Source: an uncultured Eubacteriales bacterium (lineage in GTDB: Bacteria > Bacillota > Clostridia > Oscillospirales > CAG-272). Taken from it: a stretch of 64,000 nucleotides of DNA. How positions within the stretch are numbered: position 1 is the stretch's first letter; every line of letters starts with the position of its first letter. The notes under the pieces were generated by a model. It worked only from the letters and a program-made list of their open reading frames with translations, ran no database searches and was not told where the DNA came from. The translations under genes were made by a program, and so were the position numbers. This document shows, in pieces, positions 20,281 to 28,225 of this stretch. The stretch lies in the NCBI GenBank assembly GCA_958352145.1, contig CATWNM010000005.1, positions 11,434 through 75,433 of the forward strand. The letters run 5' to 3'.

Positions 20281-20309
20281 TTGCATTTTGCACGGCAATG
20301 TGCTATAAT
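20281..20309 (+). promoter_or_regulatory. Sigma-A promoter of the pheST leader
   Basis: TTGCAT (20281-20286), 17-bp spacer, TATAAT (20304-20309). Confidence 0.7.
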
Positions 20310-20321
20310 TCTAATATTAAA

Positions 20322-20572
20322 GGCATAGATGAAGTTTGCTGTGTCCGGCAAAGCGTATACAGAGAGAACCGCCTGGGCTGCGAGCGGTTTTGCGTTTGGA
20401 CATGTGCGTTTCGCTTCGGAGCCGGCAGGGTGAATCAGAAGTAGCCCGGTCCGGGCGCTCCCGTTACAGAGCGGTAAAGTGTCGGCTTTATGTCGGAATG
20501 CGGGTGGTACCGCGGATATTTGTCTGAATGTCCGTCCCAATATGGTTGGGACGGACTTTTTTGTCTGCCGAA
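20322..20572 (+). promoter_or_regulatory. T-box riboswitch leader (tRNA-Phe sensing, inferred) with an intrinsic terminator
   Basis: AGAGAG box at 20361-20366. Candidate UUC specifier at 20415-20417 (or 20410-20412). Conserved T-box GGGTGGTACCGCG at 20502-20514. Terminator stem 20530-20540/20546-20556 followed by T6. Confidence 0.85.
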
Positions 20573-20662
20573 GGTTGTTTTGACCGTATAGATCGGGCTT
20601 AAACATCGGCAAGTCAATATTTTGCAGCGTAAATTTTAATTGTATAAAGAATAGGAGGCGTT

Positions 20663-21685
20663 TTGAATTTGAAAGAAATGCTGGAAAAAATCAAAGCTGA
20701 AGCGGCGGCAAAGCTGGAGGCGGCCAATGCCGACCTTGAAGCGATCCGTGTGCAGTATCTCGGGAAAAAGGGAGAACTGACTGGCGTGCTGCGCGGCATG
20801 GGGGCACTGAGCGCCGAAGAGCGTCCGAAGATCGGGCAGATGGCCAATGAAGTGCGCGCGTATATTGAGCAGCGTATTGAAGACCGGCGCGCGGCGCAGG
20901 AAGCTGAGGCACTGCAGCAGCGGCTCGACGGCGAGACGGTGGATGTGACCATGCCGGTCGAATCATTGGCGCGCGGTGCGCGGCATCCGCTTTCGATTGT
21001 GCAGACCGAACTTGAGGATATTTTTATCGGCCTTGGATTTGAGATCGCGGAGGGGCCGGAAGTCGAGTATGATTATTACAATTTCCAGGCGCTCAACATC
21101 CCGGAAAATCACCCCGCGCGGGATACGCAGGACACTTTTTATGTAACGGACAAGATTCTGCTTCGTTCGCAGACGTCTCCGGTGCAGGTGCGTACGATGG
21201 AGAAAAAGCGGCCCCCTATCCGCGTGATTTCGCCGGGGCGCGTATATCGTTCGGACGCTGTGGACGCCACGCATTCGCCGCTCTTTCATCAGCTTGAAGG
21301 GCTTGTCGTGGATAAAGGCATTACGATGGGGGATCTGAAGGGTACGCTGGAACTGTTTGCGAAAAAAATGTTCGGTGAAAATACGAAAATCCGGTTCCGT
21401 CCCCATCATTTCCCGTTCACCGAGCCCTCGGCCGAAGTGGACGTTTCTTGTTTTGTCTGCGGCGGAAAAGGGTGCGCGCTTTGCAAAGGGGAAGGCTGGA
21501 TCGAGATTCTCGGCGCGGGCATGGTGCATCCCAATGTGCTTCGGGGCTGTGATATCGACCCGGATGAATACAGCGGATTCGCTTTTGGCATGGGAATCGA
21601 GCGAATTGTTATGCGCAAATACAATATCAGTGATATGAGGCTGCTTTACGAGAACGATATTCGGTTTCTCAGGCAGTTTCGGTAA
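20663..21685 (+). CDS. pheS: Phenylalanine--tRNA ligase alpha subunit
   Basis: Class II aaRS motifs ([19 protein letters not shown]..., FGMGIERI). AGGAGG at 20653-20658. Start is TTG at 20663 or 20669. Confidence 0.97.
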   Translation: MNLKEMLEKIKAEAAAKLEAANADLEAIRVQYLGKKGELTGVLRGMGALSAEERPKIGQMANEVRAYIEQRIEDRRAAQEAEALQQRLDGETVDVTMPVESLARGARHPLSIVQTELEDIFIGLGFEIAEGPEVEYDYYNFQALNIPENHPARDTQDTFYVTDKILLRSQTSPVQVRTMEKKRPPIRVISPGRVYRSDAVDATHSPLFHQLEGLVVDKGITMGDLKGTLELFAKKMFGENTKIRFRPHHFPFTEPSAEVDVSCFVCGGKGCALCKGEGWIEILGAGMVHPNVLRGCDIDPDEYSGFAFGMGIERIVMRKYNISDMRLLYENDIRFLRQFR

Positions 21686-21697
21686 GGAGGCGGACAG

Positions 21698-24085
21698 ATG
21701 AATCTTTCTAGAAAATGGCTTTCTGATTTTGTCGATGTCCGGGATATATCGAACAAAGACTACTGCGACCGCATGACGGCCACCGGTTCTAAAGTAGAAG
21801 GCGTTACGGTGCTTGGCGACGATATAGAGAATGTAGTCGTCGGCAGAATTCTGAAAATTTCAAAGCATGAAAATTCCGATCATTTGCAGATCTGCTCGGT
21901 CGATGCCGGTGAAGCGGTGCCCGTACAGATCGTGACCGGCGCACAAAATATTTTTGAAGGCGCCCTGATACCGGTGGCCAAAGCGAATTCGCGTTTGCCC
22001 GGCGGCGTTGTCATCAAGCCCGGCAAGCTGCGGGGGGTTGAGTCTAACGGCATGCTTTGTTCTATCGGCGAGCTTGGGCTGACGCTGCACGATATGCCCA
22101 AGGCCATTGAGGATGGCATCTGCATTTTGGACGAGTCTTTTCAGTCGATGATCGGACGCGATATCCGGGAAGCGCTGATGCTGTCGGACGACGTCGTGGA
22201 GTTTGAAATCACACCGAACCGTCCGGACTGCCTGTCAGTGATCGGTCTGGCCCGTGAGACGGCCGCATCTTTTGGCCGGCCGCTGCATGTTCCCGCTCCA
22301 AAGGTACAGGAGGCGGGCGGCAGCGTCAATGATTATTTGAAAGTAAAGATCGACGCGCCCGAACTTTGCCCGCGTTATACGGCTCGCGTCGTGCGGAATG
22401 TGAAAATTGCGCCTTCGCCGCTTTGGCTGCGCATGCGCCTGCGCGCTGCGGGCGTTCGTCCGATCAACAATATCGTGGACATCACCAATTATGTTATGCT
22501 CGAATACGGACAGCCCATGCACGCGTTCGACTATGCCTGCATAGACGGCAGCGCCATCACAGTGCGTCGTGCCGGAGAGGGAGAAGCGTTTCGTTCGCTG
22601 GACGGAAAAGACCATACGTTGGACGCGGGGATGCTCGTCATTGCGGATGATCGCAAGGCGGTCGCGCTGGCGGGCGTGATGGGCGGTGAAAATTCCGAGA
22701 TCACAGAAGGAACGAAAACGGTTGTATTTGAGTCGGCCTGCTTTAGCGGCCCGTCCATTCGCGTTACCTCCAGAAAGCTCGGCATGCGGACCGAGTCCTC
22801 CGGACGCTTTGAGAAAGGACTCGATCGGGAAAATACCTATCCTGCGCTGGAACGCGCCTGCGAGCTTGTGAATCTGCTCGGCGCGGGCGAGGTGGTCAGC
22901 GGTATTGTGGATGTGTATCCGGGCAAGAAGAAACGCACGGTTATTCAACTCGAACCGGAGCGGATCAATCGGTTTCTTGGCATCAGCGTCAGCGGAGCGT
23001 ATATGCGGCAGGTGCTGACCAACCTGTTTTTCAAGGTGGACGGCGACTGCGTTGAAGTTCCGTCTTTCCGCGAGGATGTAGCGTGTATGAACGATCTTGC
23101 GGAAGAAATCGTGCGGATTTACGGGTATAACGAGATTCGTTCTACCGGTATTTCCGGCAATATGACCCAGGGACAGCGCAATGCGCCGCAGCGCTTTGAA
23201 TATGGCCTGCATCAGGTACTTTGCGGCATGGGACTTTATGAAATTAATACATTTTCGTTTATTTCTCCGAAGTACTATGATAAAATCAATTTGCCTGTGG
23301 ACAGCAGTCTGCGGAATTCCGTTACGATTTCCAACCCGCTGGGTGAAGATACCAGCGTCATGCGAACGACGGCGCTGCCTTCTATGTTGGAGGTACTTGC
23401 GCGCAACGCCAATTTTTCCAATGAGAACGTCGGACTCTATGAAATGGCGACCGTCTATATCCCCACCGGAACGGATACGTTGCCGGATGAACGCAAAATT
23501 TTGACGCTTGGTTTTTATGGAAAAGGCGATTTTTACCGGCTCAAGTCCATGTGTGAGACCGTACTTGAGTATGCGCGTGTCCGTGCGGAATACGTGCGGC
23601 TGATCGACAATCCGTCCTATCATCCCGGACGCTGCGCGGAGATCCGTTTGGCGGATGGCGTTTGTCTTGGCGTTCTTGGCCAGATACATCCGGCAGTTGC
23701 GCAGAATTACGGCATGGATATGCCGGTATATGCGGCGGAAATCGACCTGCAGATTCTTTTTGAAAAGCGCGGAGAGGAGCCGGAATACCGTCCGCTGCCG
23801 AAATTCCCGGCATCTGCGCGTGATTTCTCCTTTGTGTGCGCTGAATCTTTGGAGATCGGCGCAATTGAGAAAGCAATTTGTTCGGGCGGCGTAAAGCTTT
23901 TGGAAAGTGTGCGTTTAGTCGACGTTTATCGCGGGCTGCAGATCGGAGAGGGCAAAAAGAGCGTGACTTTCCGTATTACGCTGCGCGCTGCTGATCATAC
24001 GCTTACGGTTGAGGAAGCGGATAAAGCGGCAAAGAAAATCCTTGGCGCGCTTGAACGCTCGCTTGGAATCACTATACGTCAGTAA
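21698..24085 (+). CDS. pheT: Phenylalanine--tRNA ligase beta subunit
   Basis: MNLSRKWLSDFVD..., tRNA-binding domain, B3/4, B5 and a C-terminal FDX-ACB-like domain. Confidence 0.97.
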   Translation: MNLSRKWLSDFVDVRDISNKDYCDRMTATGSKVEGVTVLGDDIENVVVGRILKISKHENSDHLQICSVDAGEAVPVQIVTGAQNIFEGALIPVAKANSRLPGGVVIKPGKLRGVESNGMLCSIGELGLTLHDMPKAIEDGICILDESFQSMIGRDIREALMLSDDVVEFEITPNRPDCLSVIGLARETAASFGRPLHVPAPKVQEAGGSVNDYLKVKIDAPELCPRYTARVVRNVKIAPSPLWLRMRLRAAGVRPINNIVDITNYVMLEYGQPMHAFDYACIDGSAITVRRAGEGEAFRSLDGKDHTLDAGMLVIADDRKAVALAGVMGGENSEITEGTKTVVFESACFSGPSIRVTSRKLGMRTESSGRFEKGLDRENTYPALERACELVNLLGAGEVVSGIVDVYPGKKKRTVIQLEPERINRFLGISVSGAYMRQVLTNLFFKVDGDCVEVPSFREDVACMNDLAEEIVRIYGYNEIRSTGISGNMTQGQRNAPQRFEYGLHQVLCGMGLYEINTFSFISPKYYDKINLPVDSSLRNSVTISNPLGEDTSVMRTTALPSMLEVLARNANFSNENVGLYEMATVYIPTGTDTLPDERKILTLGFYGKGDFYRLKSMCETVLEYARVRAEYVRLIDNPSYHPGRCAEIRLADGVCLGVLGQIHPAVAQNYGMDMPVYAAEIDLQILFEKRGEEPEYRPLPKFPASARDFSFVCAESLEIGAIEKAICSGGVKLLESVRLVDVYRGLQIGEGKKSVTFRITLRAADHTLTVEEADKAAKKILGALERSLGITIRQ

Positions 24086-24090
24086 TCAAG

Positions 24091-24134
24091 CAAAGCAAAG
24101 GCAGGACGGCGATTGCCGTCCTGCCTTTGCTTTG
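24091..24134 (+). terminator. pheST terminator
   Basis: 20-bp perfect stem CAAAGCAAAGGCAGGACGGC / GCCGTCCTGCCTTTGCTTTG with loop GATT. Confidence 0.8.
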
Positions 24135-24355
24135 CTCTGCAAGCGGTTCTATATTCGGATTTAGTATTGTTTTTTTGTGATGAAAGATCGCTGAATGCGG
24201 AACTCATAATGAATTGCTCCAGAAAAAAGGACAATACTTTGAATTTTGGAATACACAACTAAGCCTATACAACCAGTGATACGCTGCGTTGCTTTAATAT
24301 AATTTACAACCAAGAAATTGAGAAAAAGCACAAAATTCGCATTTTGCTGAGCGCT

Positions 24356-24898
24356 TTAATCTCCGGATGCCTGGTTTTTTTCTTCCTCATCGGGAACCCA
24401 TGCCCGGCTAAAGCCGATGTCCTTGAAAAGCGCTGCGAGTCCGGTGATCTGCTTTAGCCGCAGAATTTCGTCCTTGTCCATGCCCAGATGTTTTGAAATC
24501 CATGCGTCGCTTCTGCCCAGTTCGTGCAGTTCTTTGACAATATTGCTCATGAGTTCGACGTCGTGCGAGCCGCGGGCACGGTTGTGGCGTATGGTGCTGG
24601 CCATACGCTGATCCATCGGCTTGTCGATCACCGAAACGGGGAGCAGTCCGCGTTCGCGCTGATAGATGTCGTCGTGTTCCAGCATGACCCGGTACCGGTG
24701 AAAGCCGTCCACAATGACGTAGATGTCTTCTTTTGAACTGTAATAGCACACGATTGGCATCGTATATCCGTCACTTTTTATGCTGTCGTATAGGAGCTTC
24801 ATTTCCGGCGGGGCGACCGCGTTCGGATTGTATGTATTTGGAACGATTTTTTCGATGGGCACGGCCCGTACTGCATAAACAGGGCTGCGGTATTCCAT
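24356..24898 (-). CDS. ParB/Sulfiredoxin-domain protein, IbrB-like (DndB-analogous)
   Basis: ParB-box-like IVPNTYNPN ... VIVDGFHRYRV ... IRHNRARGSH. The ATG at 24898 directly abuts the stop (24899-24901) of the upstream gene. Confidence 0.75.
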   Translation of the reverse strand: MEYRSPVYAVRAVPIEKIVPNTYNPNAVAPPEMKLLYDSIKSDGYTMPIVCYYSSKEDIYVIVDGFHRYRVMLEHDDIYQRERGLLPVSVIDKPMDQRMASTIRHNRARGSHDVELMSNIVKELHELGRSDAWISKHLGMDKDEILRLKQITGLAALFKDIGFSRAWVPDEEEKNQASGD

Positions 24899-26260
24899 TT
24901 ACAGATCCTCCAGGCTTTTGTATTTTTGTTTGATGCGTGCAATCCTTTCCCGCTGCTTCTTGCTTTCTCCAAATCCCATCGTTTTGCAGTTATGGTCATT
25001 TTTCAGAATGCAAAGACACATGCGTTTCCAACTGGGAATATCTTTTGTGGTAAAAATATCGTCTGTATCGTCGGGGATTTTGCCGACGAATATAATCCGC
25101 GACTTCTTATCCAGTGTGTAATTGGATACGCCGTTGCGCCTGATGTTATATCCTTTTGCTGTCAGTTCCGCGATGGTATCTTCGGAAAGGCCGCCGCCGG
25201 TCTCGCGCCAGAATTGAATGGAAGCTCGGAATTTTTCGGCGTAGCGCATGCCAAGTCGTTTTGGAAGCGTTTTTAAAAGGAACTCGGTGTAGGACTGCCA
25301 GGTATGGCCCTCCGGCAAACGAATGCTTCTGTATCCTACTGCGGACGTTCGCCCATATATGGCGGCGAAGTTTGCGCCCTGTACACGCCCAAGCAGCCGC
25401 ACCCAGGTTTGCGGTTCCAGCACACGGTATAAGTTCAGACTTTCCCGTGCATAATCGTTGAACGGAGAGGCTACGCGCATTTGGTCGGGGGTCAGGCCGG
25501 CTTTGTAGTACAGGTCGTACAGCGGATTATATGCATATCCAAATTTGCAGTTTGCCGCCCATACGTCCGAAATCGTCCAGTCGTATAGCGGCGAGGCGCA
25601 CCAGACATCTTTAAAGGTTTTTGAAATCCAGCAGCAGCCTTTGTATCCGTATTTTTTATTCACAATGCTGTTGTACCGCTGCAAAGATTCTGTGGCGCGC
25701 GTACCGAGCAGGCAGATCGTTTTTCCACCGCCGTGGATTTCCCGGTACCAGCGGCCAAATTGCTTGGCCAGATTTTCCTGATGCATTTTATATTTATAAT
25801 AGTAAAACGGATTGTTTTGCAGCCGAAGCACATAGGGCTTGTTCGGAATTTCGCGTATCCAAAGCGCTTCTTTTTGGTCGTCCCAGGGGTACCAGTACAT
25901 TTCATAGCTGCCCAGCGCAGTGCGTGTCGCCATCGGCAGGCATACCCAATAAGGCTCGACCATATCGAGATGTTTTTCAAAGGTTTCCTCGACATACTTC
26001 GTTGTCATGGAGTACTGCGCTTCAAAGTCCTGATGAAAGAGGCCGATTTTGCGGGCGATGTGCCTTTGCTTGATGTAGTCTAAAACCAGATTCAGCAACA
26101 GTCCGCTGTCCTTGCCGCCGCTGAACGATACATAGATGTTCTCAAATTCGCTGAAAATAAAATTGAGCCTGCCTTGCAGGGCTTCATACACGTCGCATTC
26201 CAGGTATCGTTTGATCATTTTGTAAGTCCGCGGGTTGGTTGATATCGCTTTGAAATGCAT
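24899..26260 (-). CDS. PP-loop ATP-pyrophosphatase / PAPS-reductase-like protein with a long C-terminal extension, IbrA-like (DndC-analogous)
   Basis: PP-loop SFSGGKDSG near the N-terminus. About 450 aa. The C-terminal half resembles the DUF3440-type extension of IbrA homologues as recalled from memory; not searched. Confidence 0.75.
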   Translation of the reverse strand: MHFKAISTNPRTYKMIKRYLECDVYEALQGRLNFIFSEFENIYVSFSGGKDSGLLLNLVLDYIKQRHIARKIGLFHQDFEAQYSMTTKYVEETFEKHLDMVEPYWVCLPMATRTALGSYEMYWYPWDDQKEALWIREIPNKPYVLRLQNNPFYYYKYKMHQENLAKQFGRWYREIHGGGKTICLLGTRATESLQRYNSIVNKKYGYKGCCWISKTFKDVWCASPLYDWTISDVWAANCKFGYAYNPLYDLYYKAGLTPDQMRVASPFNDYARESLNLYRVLEPQTWVRLLGRVQGANFAAIYGRTSAVGYRSIRLPEGHTWQSYTEFLLKTLPKRLGMRYAEKFRASIQFWRETGGGLSEDTIAELTAKGYNIRRNGVSNYTLDKKSRIIFVGKIPDDTDDIFTTKDIPSWKRMCLCILKNDHNCKTMGFGESKKQRERIARIKQKYKSLEDL

Positions 26261-26351
26261 GTTTTATCTGCGCGTAGGGCATATGGAGCGATATTCTGCA
26301 TATTGAGGCGTGCAGCACCGACCCGATTATCCTTGTACTGTTACTTTTTTT

Positions 26352-26380
26352 ATTATATAGCAAGATATGGGGCGTTTCAA
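26352..26380 (-). promoter_or_regulatory. Candidate sigma-A promoter for the ibrA/ibrB-like pair
   Basis: Minus strand: TTGAAA (26380-26375), 17-bp spacer, TATAAT (26357-26352). Confidence 0.5.
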
Positions 26381-26412
26381 GGAAAATTTACATAAACATG
26401 TAAATTTTTCCA
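26381..26412. promoter_or_regulatory. Palindromic candidate operator abutting the -35 of the ibrA-like promoter
   Basis: AAATTTACAT-AAAC-ATGTAAATTT (26384-26407): perfect 10-bp arms with a 4-bp spacer. Confidence 0.45.
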
Positions 26413-26485
26413 ATTGCATACAACGTTCGGCTCTATTTTAATTGTATTTTCAAGTCAATAAAAATTAGAAAATCCGCCTGCGTGG

Positions 26486-26889
26486 TTGTGCCGCGTAGGG
26501 GGATTTATTGAAATGGAAGATGTACGCTATGGCATAAGATCGCACGCTTATTATGCAAAAGCAGTTGTTTGGGGACAGCAGAACGGAATAATCAAAGGCT
26601 ATTCCGAAACAGAATTTGTACCCGACCAAAGCATCACAAGAGAACAGATTGCGGCGATTATGTACCGCTACGCTAAGTAAAAAGATGTTGCTCCGACAGA
26701 TAATTGGGCAATTAAACTTGATTACACTGACTTTGCGGATATTTCCGATTATGCAGTGGAATCAGTTATGTACTGCAAGTTGAAAGGCATTATGCAGGGC
26801 AAGGATAATAAGAACTTTGCACCGCAGGATAATGCTACAAGAGCCGAAACGGCGGCAATACTTCAAAAATTTATTGAAGCTGACAAGTA
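26486..26889 (+). pseudogene. Remnant of the C-terminus of an SLH-domain cell-surface protein. It has no N-terminal part and carries an in-frame stop.
   Basis: Two SLH-like modules (...GIIKGYSETEFVPDQSITREQIAAIMYRY and FADISDYAVESVMYCKLKGIMQGKDNKNFAPQDNATRAETAAIL) are separated by TAA at 26678-26680. There is no signal peptide or plausible start. Confidence 0.7.
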
Positions 26890-26905
26890 GATAGCATAAT
26901 AACTT

Positions 26906-26942
26906 TCAAGGGCATACCGCTTTTTGTTGGCGGTATGCCCTT
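26906..26942 (+). terminator. Hairpin terminator after the SLH remnant
   Basis: CAAGGGCATACCGC / GCGGTATGCCCTTG stem. Confidence 0.65.
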
Positions 26943-27022
26943 GAACTATATTTACAGGAATTTTCATTCAAGGTGTATTTGTGGTTATAATAAATATAAA
27001 GACCTTGAAAGGAAGTTTAACT

Positions 27023-27862
27023 TTGAAAATTATTACTAATGAAATCATAAATCGATTTAAACTATATCTGTACGAGGACGAAAAGAGTGACAGCACCATA
27101 GAGAAATATATGCGTGATATTCGTTTCTTCCGTGAGTGGCTCGGCGGTAAAGGAGTTGACAAATCCGTAGTGGTTGAATATAAAAAGGAACTTTGTGAAA
27201 AGTACGCACCAAAGAGTGTAAATTCGATTTTATCATCGCTAAATGCTTTATTTATATATATGAATTGGTATGATTTGAAAGTAAAAACTCTAAAAATACA
27301 ACGCCGGATATTTGCCGATAAAGAAAAAGAACTGTCAAAAGCCGAATATGAAAGGCTATTGACAGCAGCTAAAAACAAAAAGAATGAAAGATTATATTAT
27401 CTTATGCAGACTATAGGCAGTACGGGCTTGAGAATTTCGGAATTAAAATATGTAACTTGTGAAGCCGTAAACGCAGGGCAAGCTGTTATAAACTGTAAAG
27501 GCAAGATACGGCAAGTGTTTCTGCCAAAACAACTATGTAAAATGTTGAAAGCTTATATCAAGCAACAAAATATAGAAAGTGGTTCGGTGTTCATAACAAG
27601 AAGCGGCAAACCTCTTGACCGCAGCACTGTATGGAAGATGTTGAAAAACTTATGCGAAAGGGCCAATGTTGCAAAGAGCAAAGTATTTCCCCATAATTTT
27701 CGTCATCTTTTCGCAAAAACATTTTACTCTCTGAAAAAGGATATCGTAAGACTTGCCGACATCTTGGGACATTCCAGCATCGAAACTACAAGGGTTTATA
27801 CTATCGAAAGCGGAGAAATCCATAAAATGCAACTGCAAAAGCTCGGTTTACTGCGGTGTTAG
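27023..27862 (+). CDS. Tyrosine-type site-specific recombinase (XerC/D-phage integrase family)
   Basis: Core-binding N-domain, R (GLRISEL), HxxR (HNFRHLFA) and the catalytic Tyr region LGHSSIETTRVYT. AAGGAAG lies upstream of the TTG at 27023; an alternative start is 26981. GC content is markedly lower than the surroundings. Confidence 0.9.
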   Translation: MKIITNEIINRFKLYLYEDEKSDSTIEKYMRDIRFFREWLGGKGVDKSVVVEYKKELCEKYAPKSVNSILSSLNALFIYMNWYDLKVKTLKIQRRIFADKEKELSKAEYERLLTAAKNKKNERLYYLMQTIGSTGLRISELKYVTCEAVNAGQAVINCKGKIRQVFLPKQLCKMLKAYIKQQNIESGSVFITRSGKPLDRSTVWKMLKNLCERANVAKSKVFPHNFRHLFAKTFYSLKKDIVRLADILGHSSIETTRVYTIESGEIHKMQLQKLGLLRC

Positions 27863-27972
27863 AAAAAATTTTGAAATAATTTTACGAATCCCCGTGACAA
27901 ATATTGTATGAAAGCGGGAATATACTACGGCAGATCATTCAGAAATTGGGGCTTTGCATGAGAATATAAAAA

Positions 27973-27996
27973 ACAACATAATTTGCATTATGTTGT
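27973..27996. repeat. Left lox-like site (IR-L): ACAACATAAT-TTGC-ATTATGTTGT
   Basis: Perfect 10-bp palindromic arms around an asymmetric 4-bp core. It is the exact reverse complement of 28202-28225. Confidence 0.9.
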
Positions 27997-28031
27997 TAAT
28001 GCTAAACTGGCTCTTACATAACTATTCCAAT

Positions 28032-28059
28032 TTTATACTATTCAACTCCGATTTGTCAA
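28032..28059 (-). promoter_or_regulatory. Strong sigma-A-like promoter inside the invertible segment, currently pointing leftward (away from the surface protein gene)
   Basis: Minus strand: TTGACA (28059-28054), 16-bp spacer, TATAAA (28037-28032). Confidence 0.55.
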
Positions 28060-28084
28060 CGGGTACTTGAATTTTCATCATTAT

Positions 28085-28143
28085 AGACATAAAAACCGGA
28101 CCAATGAGAACAACGGTTGTTCATTGGTCTGGTTTTTATGTCT
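28085..28143 (+). terminator. Long imperfect hairpin inside the invertible segment; likely terminator for recombinase read-through
   Basis: AGACATAAAAACCGGACCAATGAGAACAAC / GTTGTTCATTGGTCTGGTTTTTATGTCT followed by TTATT. Confidence 0.5.
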
Positions 28144-28201
28144 TTATTCCTAAAATACTTACATTTTCTGCGGTCAATATTCAGAATTTCTTTTGGGAAG
28201 T

Positions 28202-28225
28202 ACAACATAATGCAAATTATGTTGT
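28202..28225. repeat. Right lox-like site (IR-R): ACAACATAAT-GCAA-ATTATGTTGT
   Basis: 24/24 match to the reverse complement of IR-L; the core is inverted (GCAA versus TTGC). Confidence 0.9.

Larger units (their letters stand above)
27973..28225. other. Putative invertible DNA switch (inverton) between the recombinase and the surface protein gene
   Basis: Inverted 24-bp sites bracket 205 bp that carry a consensus-like promoter and a long hairpin. A tyrosine recombinase is encoded immediately upstream. Confidence 0.6.

Noticed and set aside
20055-20612. 185-aa minus-strand ORF spanning the end of the epimerase gene and the pheS leader.
   Set aside because: It overlaps a clearly structured T-box leader and the 3' end of a real gene, and its sequence is not protein-like.
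22235-23689. 484-aa antisense ORF inside pheT. Similar long antisense or off-frame ORFs occur at 7013-7777, 16521-17372, 33059-33712, 48188-49294, 57249-58643, 59045-59734, 60268-60981 and 61761-63137.
   Set aside because: Each lies opposite a confidently identified gene. Their compositions are Arg/His/Ala-rich and low in complexity, and none has an RBS. They are expected by-products of GC-rich codon usage.
27973-28225. Considered the two 24-bp palindromes as attL/attR of an integrated element, or as simple terminators.
   Set aside because: - **Against attL/attR:** they are inverted relative to each other, judged by the asymmetric core. They enclose only 205 bp with no genes, and they sit outside the recombinase gene rather than flanking it.
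- **Against terminators:** the hairpins are AT-rich 10-bp stems with no T-tracts.
- **What remains:** an operator-only role cannot be excluded, and this is stated in the finding.
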